Assembly (NCBI RefSeq): GCF_001543895.1
Contig: NZ_JYIJ01000011.1
Span: 146,593 to 170,592 of the forward strand
From: Carbonactinospora thermoautotrophica
GTDB taxonomy: Bacteria; Actinomycetota; Actinomycetes; Streptomycetales; Carbonactinosporaceae
Direction: 5' to 3'
DNA: 24,000 nt
Positions 15,553 to 23,631 of this stretch are shown in pieces (positions within the stretch are counted from its first letter, which is position 1; each line of letters opens with the position of its first letter). The notes below the pieces were generated by a model. The model ran no database searches, was not told the DNA's origin, and saw nothing but the letters and a program-made list of their open reading frames with translations. Position numbers and translations under genes: made by a program.

Positions 15553-16124
15553 GATTCCTGGACGCCCTGCTCGGCCGCACCAGACCGGCCAAGCCTAACC
15601 TCGACGTGCTGTTCGCGATCCCGTCCGCCGCCTACACCCTGCAGGCCGGACTCGGACTGGCCCCCACCGGGGTCGGCGCGGTCTGCTTCAAGACCACCGA
15701 AGGCCAGGCGGCCACCCAGGCGCAAGCCGACGCGCTCGCGCTGGCAGACGCCGGCTCGGGCGGGCGCACCACCGTCAGCCACGACGAGTACTCCTACACC
15801 TGGGTGACCTGCCGACGAGCGGACGCCGACCTACCCGCCCTGGTCACCGCCCTGCACGCGATCAACGTCACGCTCGCCGAGGCCGGGTTTGGCTCCAGCC
15901 TGCTGTGCACCGTAATCGGCTTCGCCGCTGGCGGCGACAACCCCCGCCGCCTCGGGCTGGTGTACCTGTTCAAACGCGGTACCTTCTACCCGTTCGCCCC
16001 GGCCGGCGGGCAAACCCGCGACACCGCCCTGGAGATCCAGGTCCGCGCCCAGCTCGGCGGTGAGCTGCCCATCGAACCCGACCTGTCCCGGTGGTTCCCC
16101 ATCTGGGCCGCACCCGCCCTGTAG
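15549..16124 (+). CDS. 191-aa PspA-associated protein (PspAB-like), function unknown
   Basis: The ATG at 15549 overlaps the htpX stop as ATGA. The reading frame is the last 191 codons of ORF 14985..16124. 'MRFLDALLGRTRPAKPNLDVLFAIPSAAYTLQA' matches my recollection of the PspAB family N-terminus. Confidence 0.7.
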   Translation: MRFLDALLGRTRPAKPNLDVLFAIPSAAYTLQAGLGLAPTGVGAVCFKTTEGQAATQAQADALALADAGSGGRTTVSHDEYSYTWVTCRRADADLPALVTALHAINVTLAEAGFGSSLLCTVIGFAAGGDNPRRLGLVYLFKRGTFYPFAPAGGQTRDTALEIQVRAQLGGELPIEPDLSRWFPIWAAPAL

Positions 16125-16170
16125 CCAGCCGGCCTGGGGAGCAGCCGCGAGCCGCACGGCCGGGGCCTCG

Positions 16171-16989
16171 TCACCCCAGCTCGCGCGCCAGTCTGCGGTT
16201 GGTGGCCTCGATCTGCCGCAGCGTGGTCCGGCGCAATCTCTCGACCTGCTCGTCAGTCAGCCGGTCGGTGGTCCAGTCCCAGTGCAGCGCGACCCACTCC
16301 CCTGGCCGCACGTCAGGCAGGAAGCTGAGGCCATCGACGAAGAGCGTGGCCCGCTCCACCCGGGGTTCGGAGAGCCCGAGCCGCCCGCCCTCCCAGGTGA
16401 GCCGCTGGCAGCTCACCACGATGTGGTCGCCGTCACGCTCCAGCACCCGCCCCCACCGGATCCGACAGTTGTCCAGCACCTGGAGCGGCTGCTCGAAGTT
16501 CCGCGGCCCGAGCAGCCGGGACCAGGGGTAGACGCCGAACACGTGGAAGCAGTGGTTCGGGGCGGCCTCGTCGAGGATCTCCGGGGTGAGGTGCTTCCAG
16601 TAGTGCCCGGCCTGCGGCCGGATCCGGGCCAGCAACGCCTCGCCGAACTCGCGTGGATCGACCGCGTCCGCCACCCCGCCGCCGAGCCAGTACGCCTCGA
16701 CCACCTGGCGGTCCAACGGGTCGTCGATGCCGACCAGCCGGGCCAGGATCTCCAGGTACGGCCAAGCGCCGTGGAAGCCGCGGGCCAGCGCCCGCAGGTC
16801 GCCCTGCACGACCCCGGTCGCGCCGTAACCCAGCAGCGTCTCGGAGTGCGCCGGCCCGCAGTAGCCGAGCTTGTTGGGGGCGTAGGCGTAGCGGGCGAAC
16901 AGCCATGCCCCCGCGTGGTCGCTCTCCGCCGCGACCGCGACGGGGCCGGCATCGCCCGCGGGGGCGGGCCGTCCTTCGGTTGCGCTCAT
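16171..16989 (-). CDS. Conserved hypothetical protein, last gene of the hyp operon (possibly DUF6390-like)
   Basis: 272 aa with high GC3. The ATG at 16989 overlaps the hypD stop as ATGA. Notable blocks are 'YAPNKLGYCGP' and 'NHCFHVFGVYPW'. The family name is recalled from memory, not verified. Confidence 0.75.
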   Translation of the reverse strand: MSATEGRPAPAGDAGPVAVAAESDHAGAWLFARYAYAPNKLGYCGPAHSETLLGYGATGVVQGDLRALARGFHGAWPYLEILARLVGIDDPLDRQVVEAYWLGGGVADAVDPREFGEALLARIRPQAGHYWKHLTPEILDEAAPNHCFHVFGVYPWSRLLGPRNFEQPLQVLDNCRIRWGRVLERDGDHIVVSCQRLTWEGGRLGLSEPRVERATLFVDGLSFLPDVRPGEWVALHWDWTTDRLTDEQVERLRRTTLRQIEATNRRLARELG

Positions 16990-18119
16990 CGCTCACCCGA
17001 CTGGCCGACGAGCTGCGCCGTCTCCCGGTGCAGCCGACCGAAGTTGTAGTAGGCCGCGCAGGCACCCTCCGGTGAGACCATGCACGTCCCGATCGGGGTC
17101 TCCGGGGTGCAGGCGGTGCCGAAGACCTTGCACTCCCACGGCTTGATCACACCCTTGAGGACCTCGCCGCACTGGCAGGCCTTCGGGTCGGCGACCCGCA
17201 CCCCGGGCATCTCGAACCGCCGCTCGGCGTCGAACTGCGCGAAGTCGTCGTTGAGCTTCAGGGCGCTCTGCGAGATGAAGCCCAGACCACGCCACTCGAA
17301 GTGCGGCCGCAGCTCGAACACCTGTCCCATCAAGGCGAGCGCCTGCGGGTTGCCCTCCTCCCGTACCACGCGCCCGTACTGGTTCTCCACCTCGCAGCGG
17401 CCCTCGCGGATCTGCTTGAGCAGCATGGCGACCGCGGCGAGGATGTCCAGCGGCTCGAACCCGGCCACCACCAGCGGCTTGCCGTAGACCTCCGGGACGA
17501 AGCGGTACGGCCGGGTGCCCACCACGGTCGAGACGTGGCCTGGTCCGAGGAATCCCGACAGCCGCAGATCCGGGGACTCCAGGATCGCCTTGATCGGCGG
17601 GACGATCGTGACGTGGTTGCAGAAGACGCTGAAGTTGGTCAGCCCCAACTCGCGGGCTCGGAGCAGGGTGACCGCTGTGGAAGGCGCGGTGGTCTCGAAG
17701 CCGACGGCGAAGAACACGACGTGCTTGTCCGGGTTGTCGACCGCCAGTCGCAGCGCGTCCAGCGGCGAGTACACGAACCGCACGTCCGCCCCCCGCGCCT
17801 TGGCATCCAGCAGGCTGCCGCGGCTGCCCGGCACCCGCATCATGTCGCCGAACGAGGTGAAGATGACGCCGGGCTGCTCGGCCAGCCACAGGGCGTCGTC
17901 CACCCGCCCCATCGGGATCACGCACACCGGGCAGCCCGGGCCGTGCACCAGCTCCACCGACTCGGGCAGCAGGTACTCGAGGCCGTGCCGGTAGATGGTG
18001 TGGGTGTGACCGCCGCACACCTCCATGAACTTGTAGTGCTCTGATCCCGCCATGTCCTTGATGGCGGCCAGCAGCCCGCGTGCCGCGGCGGGGTCGCGGA
18101 ACTCTTCGATAAAGCGCAT
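16986..18119 (-). CDS. hypD: [NiFe]-hydrogenase maturation protein HypD
   Basis: 377 aa with 'FMEVCGGHTHTI', 'GPGCPVCV' and 'FETTAP' signature blocks. Confidence 0.95.
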   Translation of the reverse strand: MRFIEEFRDPAAARGLLAAIKDMAGSEHYKFMEVCGGHTHTIYRHGLEYLLPESVELVHGPGCPVCVIPMGRVDDALWLAEQPGVIFTSFGDMMRVPGSRGSLLDAKARGADVRFVYSPLDALRLAVDNPDKHVVFFAVGFETTAPSTAVTLLRARELGLTNFSVFCNHVTIVPPIKAILESPDLRLSGFLGPGHVSTVVGTRPYRFVPEVYGKPLVVAGFEPLDILAAVAMLLKQIREGRCEVENQYGRVVREEGNPQALALMGQVFELRPHFEWRGLGFISQSALKLNDDFAQFDAERRFEMPGVRVADPKACQCGEVLKGVIKPWECKVFGTACTPETPIGTCMVSPEGACAAYYNFGRLHRETAQLVGQSGER

Positions 18120-18157
18120 CGGCTCTTCCTCTCCGTGACGTCGGCGGCGCGGCGGTG

Positions 18158-18430
18158 TCAGGCGATCGCCGATGAGTCAAAGGCCTCGATCTCGTCGCGA
18201 TAGGCCTGTCCTAGCTTCTCCATCGCGGCGCGCGTCAGCTTCGCCTCGTTCTCATCGATCTTCGCCATGGCGAATCCGACGTGCACCAGCACCCAGTCGC
18301 CGGTCCGCAGCCCCTCCTCGGCGAGCAGCCGCACGCTGATGGTGCGCTGCACCCCGCCGGCGTCGACCTTCGCAAGGTGCTGCTCGGCGTCGACGATCTC
18401 AACCACCTGGGCGGGAATCCCCAGACACAT
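18158..18430 (-). CDS. hypC: HypC/HybG/HupF-family hydrogenase chaperone (copy 2)
   Basis: 90 aa with the N-terminus 'MCLGIPAQVVEI' and 'GDWVLVHVGFAM'. Confidence 0.9.
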   Translation of the reverse strand: MCLGIPAQVVEIVDAEQHLAKVDAGGVQRTISVRLLAEEGLRTGDWVLVHVGFAMAKIDENEAKLTRAAMEKLGQAYRDEIEAFDSSAIA

Positions 18431-18481
18431 GTGATGCCTCCTCGCATGCCGCGCTGCCGTCTGACCGCGGCGTCGTCCTCG

Positions 18482-19609
18482 TCAGCAGATGCGGGGCAGC
18501 GGATCACCGACCAGCATGTCCACGATCCGGCTGCCGCCCAGGCCGGTGCGCAACGCGACGGTCCCGGCCGGCTGCTCGGTGATCTCACCGATGACCGCGG
18601 CCGCCCGCCCCAGCGGGTGCTCCCGCAGCGCGGCCAGCGCGGCCTCGGTCTCCTCAGGCGCCACCACCGCGACGAACTTGCCCTCGTTGGCGACGTAGAT
18701 CGGATCGATGCCGAGCAGGTCGCAGGCAGCCTGCACCTCAGGCAGCACCGGCAGCCGGCGCTCGTCGAGTACCACGCCGAGCTGGGTGTCCTGGGCGAGC
18801 TCGTTGCAGACCGTCCCGACGCCGCCCCGGGTGGGATCGCGCAGCCAGCGCGTGGACGGCGCCGCGGCCAGCAGCGTCTCCACCAGGCCGTTGACCGCCG
18901 CGGTGTCCGACCGGATGTCGGCCTCGATCGCCAGGTCGCCGCGGGCGAGCATGACGGCCATCCCGTGGTCGCCGATCGTGCCCGACAGCAGCACCTGGTC
19001 GCCCGGCCGCACCAGCTCGGCGGACAGCCGACGGCCGGCTGGGATCAGCCCCACGCCGGCGGTGGTGATGAACAAGCCGTCCGCGGCACCGGTGCTGACG
19101 ACCTTGGTGTCCCCGGTCACCACCCGAACCCCGGCGGCCTCGGCGGCCTCGGCCATGTCCGCGGCGATCCGGCGCAGCTCGTCGACCGGGAAACCCTCCT
19201 CGATCACGAATGCCGCGGAGATCCAGGAGGGCTGGGCACCCATCATCGACAGATCGTTGACCGTGCCGTGTACCGCCAGGTGGCCGATCGAACCGCCCGG
19301 GAAGCGCAGCGGCTTGACCACGAAGGAATCCGTGCTGAACGCCAACGATTCCCCCGACGGCAGCGGCAGCACCGCGCCATCGCCGAGCACCTCCAGCTCC
19401 GGGTTGTGGAAGGCCTCCACGAAGACCGAGCTGACCAGCGCTGCCGAGGCCTTCCCCCCGGCCCCGTGGGCCAGCGTCACGACCTCGTCACGCAGCCGTG
19501 GCCGGCGGCGCCGGAACGCGTCGATCCGCTCCAGGACCTGGTCCTCCCGGAACACCGGTCCGGTGCGCTCCGCCTTCGTGCCTGCGACCTTGCTGTCTCC
19601 GAGGCTCAT
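18482..19609 (-). CDS. hypE: Hydrogenase maturation carbamoyl dehydratase HypE
   Basis: 375 aa taken from the internal ATG at 19609 (MSLGDSK...; GGAGG upstream; ATGA overlap with the SIS gene stop). AIR-synthase-like blocks 'LAHGAGG' and 'GHLAVHGTVNDLSMMGA', and the diagnostic C-terminus 'GDPLPRIC'. Confidence 0.95.
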   Translation of the reverse strand: MSLGDSKVAGTKAERTGPVFREDQVLERIDAFRRRRPRLRDEVVTLAHGAGGKASAALVSSVFVEAFHNPELEVLGDGAVLPLPSGESLAFSTDSFVVKPLRFPGGSIGHLAVHGTVNDLSMMGAQPSWISAAFVIEEGFPVDELRRIAADMAEAAEAAGVRVVTGDTKVVSTGAADGLFITTAGVGLIPAGRRLSAELVRPGDQVLLSGTIGDHGMAVMLARGDLAIEADIRSDTAAVNGLVETLLAAAPSTRWLRDPTRGGVGTVCNELAQDTQLGVVLDERRLPVLPEVQAACDLLGIDPIYVANEGKFVAVVAPEETEAALAALREHPLGRAAAVIGEITEQPAGTVALRTGLGGSRIVDMLVGDPLPRIC

Positions 19610-20271
19610 CGGGGTCCTTCCCCTCCGGCCAGGTGCTGCTGCACCGTGGCCCACAACTGGTAGCCGAGCAGTGCCTGCGACTCCTGGATGCGGTGCACGC
19701 TCTGCGACCGCACCACGAAGCAGAAGTCGACGTTGCCGTCGGTGGCGAACCGGCCGCCGTCGTAGCCGGCGAAGCCGATGGTGAGCAGCCCGCGCCGCTT
19801 GGCCTCGGCCAGCGCCACCGTGAGGTCTTCGGAGTTGCCGCTGGTCGACAGCGCCACTGCGATGTCGGCCTGGCCGGAGTGCGCGATGAGCTGCCGGGAG
19901 AACACCAGATCGAAGCCGACGTCGTTGCCCAGCGCGGTGAGCACCGCTTGGTTCGCGGCCAGCGACCAGGCCGGCAGCGGCCGGCCGTGCGGCGGACGGG
20001 AGAACAGCTCGGCCAGCGTGGCCGCGTCGGTCGAGCTGCCGCCGTTGCCGAAGGTGTACATCCGCCCGCCCCGGGCGAACCGTTCGGCCATCGCCGCCGC
20101 GGCGGCCGTGATCTGCTCGGCGCACTCCTCGAGCGTCGCGCGCTGCAGCGCCGCGCTCTCCCGGGCCTTCGCCTGCGCCGAGGCGGCGAGGTCTGCCAGT
20201 AGCGCATCCGCGTTGCGCTCCTCGGCGTCGAGGAACGGGTAGAGGAAACCGGTGCTCTCGGTACCCATCAC
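19606..20271 (-). CDS. SIS-domain protein (GmhA/phosphoheptose-isomerase-like) embedded in the hyp operon
   Basis: 221 aa with 'RMYTFGNGGSSTDAATLAELF' and 'DIAVALSTSGNSEDLTVALAEAKRRGLLTIGFAGYDGG', both canonical SIS motifs. The start is GTG 20271 (GTGA overlap) or ATG 20268. Confidence 0.85.
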   Translation of the reverse strand: MMGTESTGFLYPFLDAEERNADALLADLAASAQAKARESAALQRATLEECAEQITAAAAAMAERFARGGRMYTFGNGGSSTDAATLAELFSRPPHGRPLPAWSLAANQAVLTALGNDVGFDLVFSRQLIAHSGQADIAVALSTSGNSEDLTVALAEAKRRGLLTIGFAGYDGGRFATDGNVDFCFVVRSQSVHRIQESQALLGYQLWATVQQHLAGGEGPR

Positions 20272-21005
20272 GCACCATCCTCGTCGAGTCGGGTGATCGC
20301 CGATCCAGCGTGCACCAGCACCAGGTCACCCGTCGCCACCGGCTCCACCAGCAGGGTGTCCACGAGCTCCTCCCCCGCCGCGGTGCGCACCAGCGCCCGG
20401 CCGTCCGCCGCCGCCCGGGGTGCGATCACCTCCGCGAGTCGGCCCTCGTCGCTGCAGGTGACGCACACCTCCTCGGTGCATTCCGGAGCGGACGTGCTGA
20501 GGAGGCCGGGGTGTTCGAAGCAGACGTGGGTCAGCTCCCACAGCAGGTGGTAGAGCAACACGAACCGGCCGGTGGCCGGCAGCCGCGGATCCGGGTCGTC
20601 CAGCCACAGTACGTGGTCGGCGGCGCCGGCCGGCGGCCGCGGGCCGTTGCCGATCCACACCGTGGTCGTCCCCCAGGCCGGCGCCCGGCGCATCACGGAG
20701 CGCACCGCGGTGTCGGAGGCGGGGGCCACCGCCAGGATCACGTCCCCGGGCCGGGCCGACACCCGGACCATGGCGACCGGGTCCGGGTCGGTCACGGCCA
20801 CCGCGGGCAACGCCCGCTTGCCGACGATGACGGGGTGGACGAACTCCACGGCGATGTGGTGGGCGTGCGGCGCCCACGACGGCGACAGGCACCACAGGGT
20901 GGCGCCGGCGGCGAAGCGGCGAGCCAGGGCGAGCGAGGCGGCGGCGAGATCGGCGGCCAGACCCTCGTTCAGGGGGGTGGTGTCGGCGGGCGTGGGCGCG
21001 CTCAT
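20268..21005 (-). CDS. Fusion protein: degenerate SIS-like N-domain + HypC/HupF-like C-domain with an internal CxxC
   Basis: 245 aa from the ATG at 21005 (ATGA overlap with the hypC stop). The N-domain aligns by eye to the neighbouring SIS protein, but GNGGS is replaced by 'SPSWA' and STSGNS by 'APASDT'. The C-terminal 66 aa, 'CVTCSDEGRLAEVI...ALVRTAAGEELVDTLLVEPVATGDLVLVHAGSAITRL', parallels HypC. Confidence 0.75.
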   Translation of the reverse strand: MSAPTPADTTPLNEGLAADLAAASLALARRFAAGATLWCLSPSWAPHAHHIAVEFVHPVIVGKRALPAVAVTDPDPVAMVRVSARPGDVILAVAPASDTAVRSVMRRAPAWGTTTVWIGNGPRPPAGAADHVLWLDDPDPRLPATGRFVLLYHLLWELTHVCFEHPGLLSTSAPECTEEVCVTCSDEGRLAEVIAPRAAADGRALVRTAAGEELVDTLLVEPVATGDLVLVHAGSAITRLDEDGA

Positions 21006-21274
21006 TGCGCTCCTCCGGTGACGGCTGCGGAACCGGGCAGGGTGTCCTCGATCACCCCGTACTCGGCCATCATCTTCAGCGTGACCAGCGCGGACTCCTC
21101 GTCCAGCCGGGTGAGGGCGAATCCTGCGTGCGCCACGACGTAGTCGCCCACCTGGAGATCGGGGAGGTAGGCCAGGCACACCTTCCTCGTCTCACCGGGA
21201 AACTCGACACGGGCCATCTTGGTCCCGTTCTCTTCCCAGATCTCGACGATCTTGCCTGGAATGCCCAGACACAT
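21002..21274 (-). CDS. hypC: HypC/HybG/HupF-family hydrogenase chaperone (copy 1)
   Basis: 'MCLGIPGKIVEI...GDYVVAHAGFAL'. The ATG at 21274 gives the obligatory Met-Cys N-terminus and follows GGAGGAG. The ORF-track GTG at 21280 is rejected. Confidence 0.9.
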   Translation of the reverse strand: MCLGIPGKIVEIWEENGTKMARVEFPGETRKVCLAYLPDLQVGDYVVAHAGFALTRLDEESALVTLKMMAEYGVIEDTLPGSAAVTGGAQ

Positions 21275-21276
21275 GG

Positions 21277-23631
21277 TCACTCCTCCTCGTCACTCGCGTG
21301 CAACGCCGCGACCGCCGCCTGCCCGAGGGCCAGCCCGCCGTCATTGGGCGGTACGACCCGGTGGGTCAGCACCTCGAATCCCGCCTCGCGCAGCCGGTCC
21401 CGACAGGCACGCAGCAGCAGCACGTTCTGGAACACCCCGCCGGTCAGACCGGCCAGCCGGATCCCCCGCTCCCGCCCGACCCGCGTCACCAGCTCGGCGA
21501 CCGCCACGGCCACCGCCTGGTGGAAGGCCGCGGCCAGTGTCGCAACCGGCGTGCCGTCGCGTAGCCCCGCCACCAACCCGTGCAGCAGCGGGGTCGGGTC
21601 GAGCACACCGTCCGGGCCGACCGCCAGTCGCAGCGACGGCAGCTCGCCGTCGGCCACGGTGGCGAGCGCCTCCAGCTCGATCGCCGCCTGGCCCTCGTAG
21701 CTGATCCGGTGGCGGACACCGAGCAGCGAGGACACCGCGTCGAACAGCCGTCCCATGCTGGTGCAGTCGGCGCAGCCGAGACCGCTGTCCAGCTGGGAGC
21801 GCACGGCGCGCAGCTCGGCGGGCTCGCAGGCGGCCACCGGGGGCAGGTCGTCGTCCCAGGGGATGCCAGCCGAGGCCAGGTGGGACAGCGCCATCCGGCA
21901 GGGGTTGCGCACTGCCGCGTCACCACCTGGCAGTCGCACCGCGCGCAGGTGGCCGACCCTGGTGAAGCGGTGGCTGTCGGAGCCCAGCAGCAGCACCTCG
22001 CCGCCCCAGACGGCTCCGTCGGTGCCGTAGCCGGTGCCGTCGAACGCCACCCCCACGATCGGCTCGCCGAGTCGGCCGTGCTCGGCGAGCAGCGAGACGA
22101 CATGCGCGTGATGGTGCTGCACCAGGTGTAGCGGCCGGTCGCCGGCGTGGCGCTCGGCCCACCTGCGGGTCAGGTAGCCAGGGTGGGCGTCGGCGGCCAG
22201 CCGTGCCGGCTGGACGCCGTGGAACGCGGTGAGCTGGCCGACCGCGCGTTCGAAGGCGCGCAGCGTTTCCAGGCTGCCCATGTCACCCACGTGCGCCGAG
22301 CAGAACGCGTGCTCCCCCTCGGTTACGCAGAAGGTGTTCTTCAACTCGCCGCCGACCGCCAGGATCACCTCGCTCCGCCGGCCCAGCCGGATCGGCAGCG
22401 GGGCGTAGCCGCGGGATCGGCGGATCGGCAGTTCGTGGCCGTCGACGACGCGGACCACCGAGTCGTCGCAGGGCACGTGGATCGGCCGGTCGTGGGTGAG
22501 CACCGCGTCGGCCAGCAGCGGCAGCCGGGTGCGGGCGTCCTCGTCGTCGAAGCAGATCGGTTCGTCGGAGATGTTGGCGCTGGTCAGCACCAGGACCTCG
22601 GGAACCGGGGCGGCGGAGCCGGGCACGGGAGCGAACAGCAGGTGATGCAGCGGCGAGTAGGGCAGCATCACGCCGATCAACGGGTTGCCCGGTGCCACGC
22701 CCTCGGCCACGGGGGCGTCCGGCCGGCGTCGCAGCAGCACGATCGGGCGAGCCGGGCTGGTCAGCACCGCGGCCTCCGCCGCGTCGATCTCGGCCAACCG
22801 CCGTGCCACCGCCAGGTCCCGGGCCATCACCGCGAACGGTTTCCCGGCGCGGGCTTTGCGCTCGCGCAGCAGCCGCACCGCCGTCTCGCTGTCGGCTGCG
22901 CACGCCAGGTGGTAACCGCCGATCCCTTTCACCGCGACCACCAGTTCCTCGGCCAGCGCCTGGTGGGCGGCGGCCAACGCCGCGTCGGATCCGGTGACGG
23001 TTTCCTCGCCGCGTACGAAGGACAGCCGTGGTCCGCAGTCCGGACAGCACAGCGGCTGGGCATGGAAGCGGCGGTTGGCCGGGTCGTGGTACTCGGCCGC
23101 GCAGGCCGGGCACATGGGGAAATCGGCCATGGTCGTGGCCGGCCGGTCGTAGGGCAGCGATCGGATGATGGTGAACCGGGGACCGCAGTTGGTGCAGGTG
23201 ATGAACGGGTGGCGGTAGCGGCGGTCGGCCGGGTCGAACAGCTCGCGCACGCAGTCGTCGCACACCGCCACGTCCGGCGACACCAGGGTGCGGGCGCCGT
23301 CGGCACTGCGGCTGGCCACGATGCGGAAGCCAGACTCCCCGGCCACCGACGCCACCGGATCGGCCCGCAACGCCACGATGCGGGCCAGCGGCGGCGCGTC
23401 GGTCCGCAGCCGCCGCAGGAACTCTTCCACCTTCGGCGACGGACCCTGGACCTCGATGAACACCGAACTGGAGTCGTTGCCGACGAAACCGGCGACCCCG
23501 AGTTCGGTGGCCAGCCGGTGGACGAAGGGCCGGAATCCCACCCCCTGGACAACGCCCTCGACCGTCACCCGGAGCCGCTGCGCGGCATCCGAGCGGCCGG
23601 TGGGCGCGGGGCGCACGCGCGTCGCGGTCAT
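21277..23631 (-). CDS. hypF: Carbamoyltransferase HypF
   Basis: 784 aa from the ATG at 23631. It has an acylphosphatase domain ('[18 protein letters not shown]'), two zinc-finger pairs ('CDDC...CTNCGPRFT', 'CPAC...[10 protein letters not shown]'), and YrdC-like and Kae1-like C-terminal domains. The 65 codons upstream in ORF 21277..23826 overlap the NHL gene and are rejected. Confidence 0.95.
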   Translation of the reverse strand: MTATRVRPAPTGRSDAAQRLRVTVEGVVQGVGFRPFVHRLATELGVAGFVGNDSSSVFIEVQGPSPKVEEFLRRLRTDAPPLARIVALRADPVASVAGESGFRIVASRSADGARTLVSPDVAVCDDCVRELFDPADRRYRHPFITCTNCGPRFTIIRSLPYDRPATTMADFPMCPACAAEYHDPANRRFHAQPLCCPDCGPRLSFVRGEETVTGSDAALAAAHQALAEELVVAVKGIGGYHLACAADSETAVRLLRERKARAGKPFAVMARDLAVARRLAEIDAAEAAVLTSPARPIVLLRRRPDAPVAEGVAPGNPLIGVMLPYSPLHHLLFAPVPGSAAPVPEVLVLTSANISDEPICFDDEDARTRLPLLADAVLTHDRPIHVPCDDSVVRVVDGHELPIRRSRGYAPLPIRLGRRSEVILAVGGELKNTFCVTEGEHAFCSAHVGDMGSLETLRAFERAVGQLTAFHGVQPARLAADAHPGYLTRRWAERHAGDRPLHLVQHHHAHVVSLLAEHGRLGEPIVGVAFDGTGYGTDGAVWGGEVLLLGSDSHRFTRVGHLRAVRLPGGDAAVRNPCRMALSHLASAGIPWDDDLPPVAACEPAELRAVRSQLDSGLGCADCTSMGRLFDAVSSLLGVRHRISYEGQAAIELEALATVADGELPSLRLAVGPDGVLDPTPLLHGLVAGLRDGTPVATLAAAFHQAVAVAVAELVTRVGRERGIRLAGLTGGVFQNVLLLRACRDRLREAGFEVLTHRVVPPNDGGLALGQAAVAALHASDEEE

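Noticed and set aside
16125-16179. Convergent intergenic region between the psp operon and the hyp operon, considered as a bidirectional terminator
   Set aside because: I found only weak or long-loop pairings (CTGGGG...CCCCAG, partly inside the downstream CDS) and an AGCCGC direct repeat. There is no convincing stem plus U-tract.
16060-19663. Plus-strand ORFs 16060..17049, 17301..18044 and 18281..19663, and alternative minus frames 16433..17065 and 16993..18180
   Set aside because: They overlap hypD, hypE and the 272-aa gene out of frame or in antisense. Their translations are Arg/Pro/Gly-rich with no motifs.
19610-20329. N-terminal 240 codons of the 615-aa ORF 18482..20329
   Set aside because: They overlap the SIS gene in another frame. 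HypE begins at the ATG at 19609, which has a GGAGG RBS and a normal HypE length and N-terminus.
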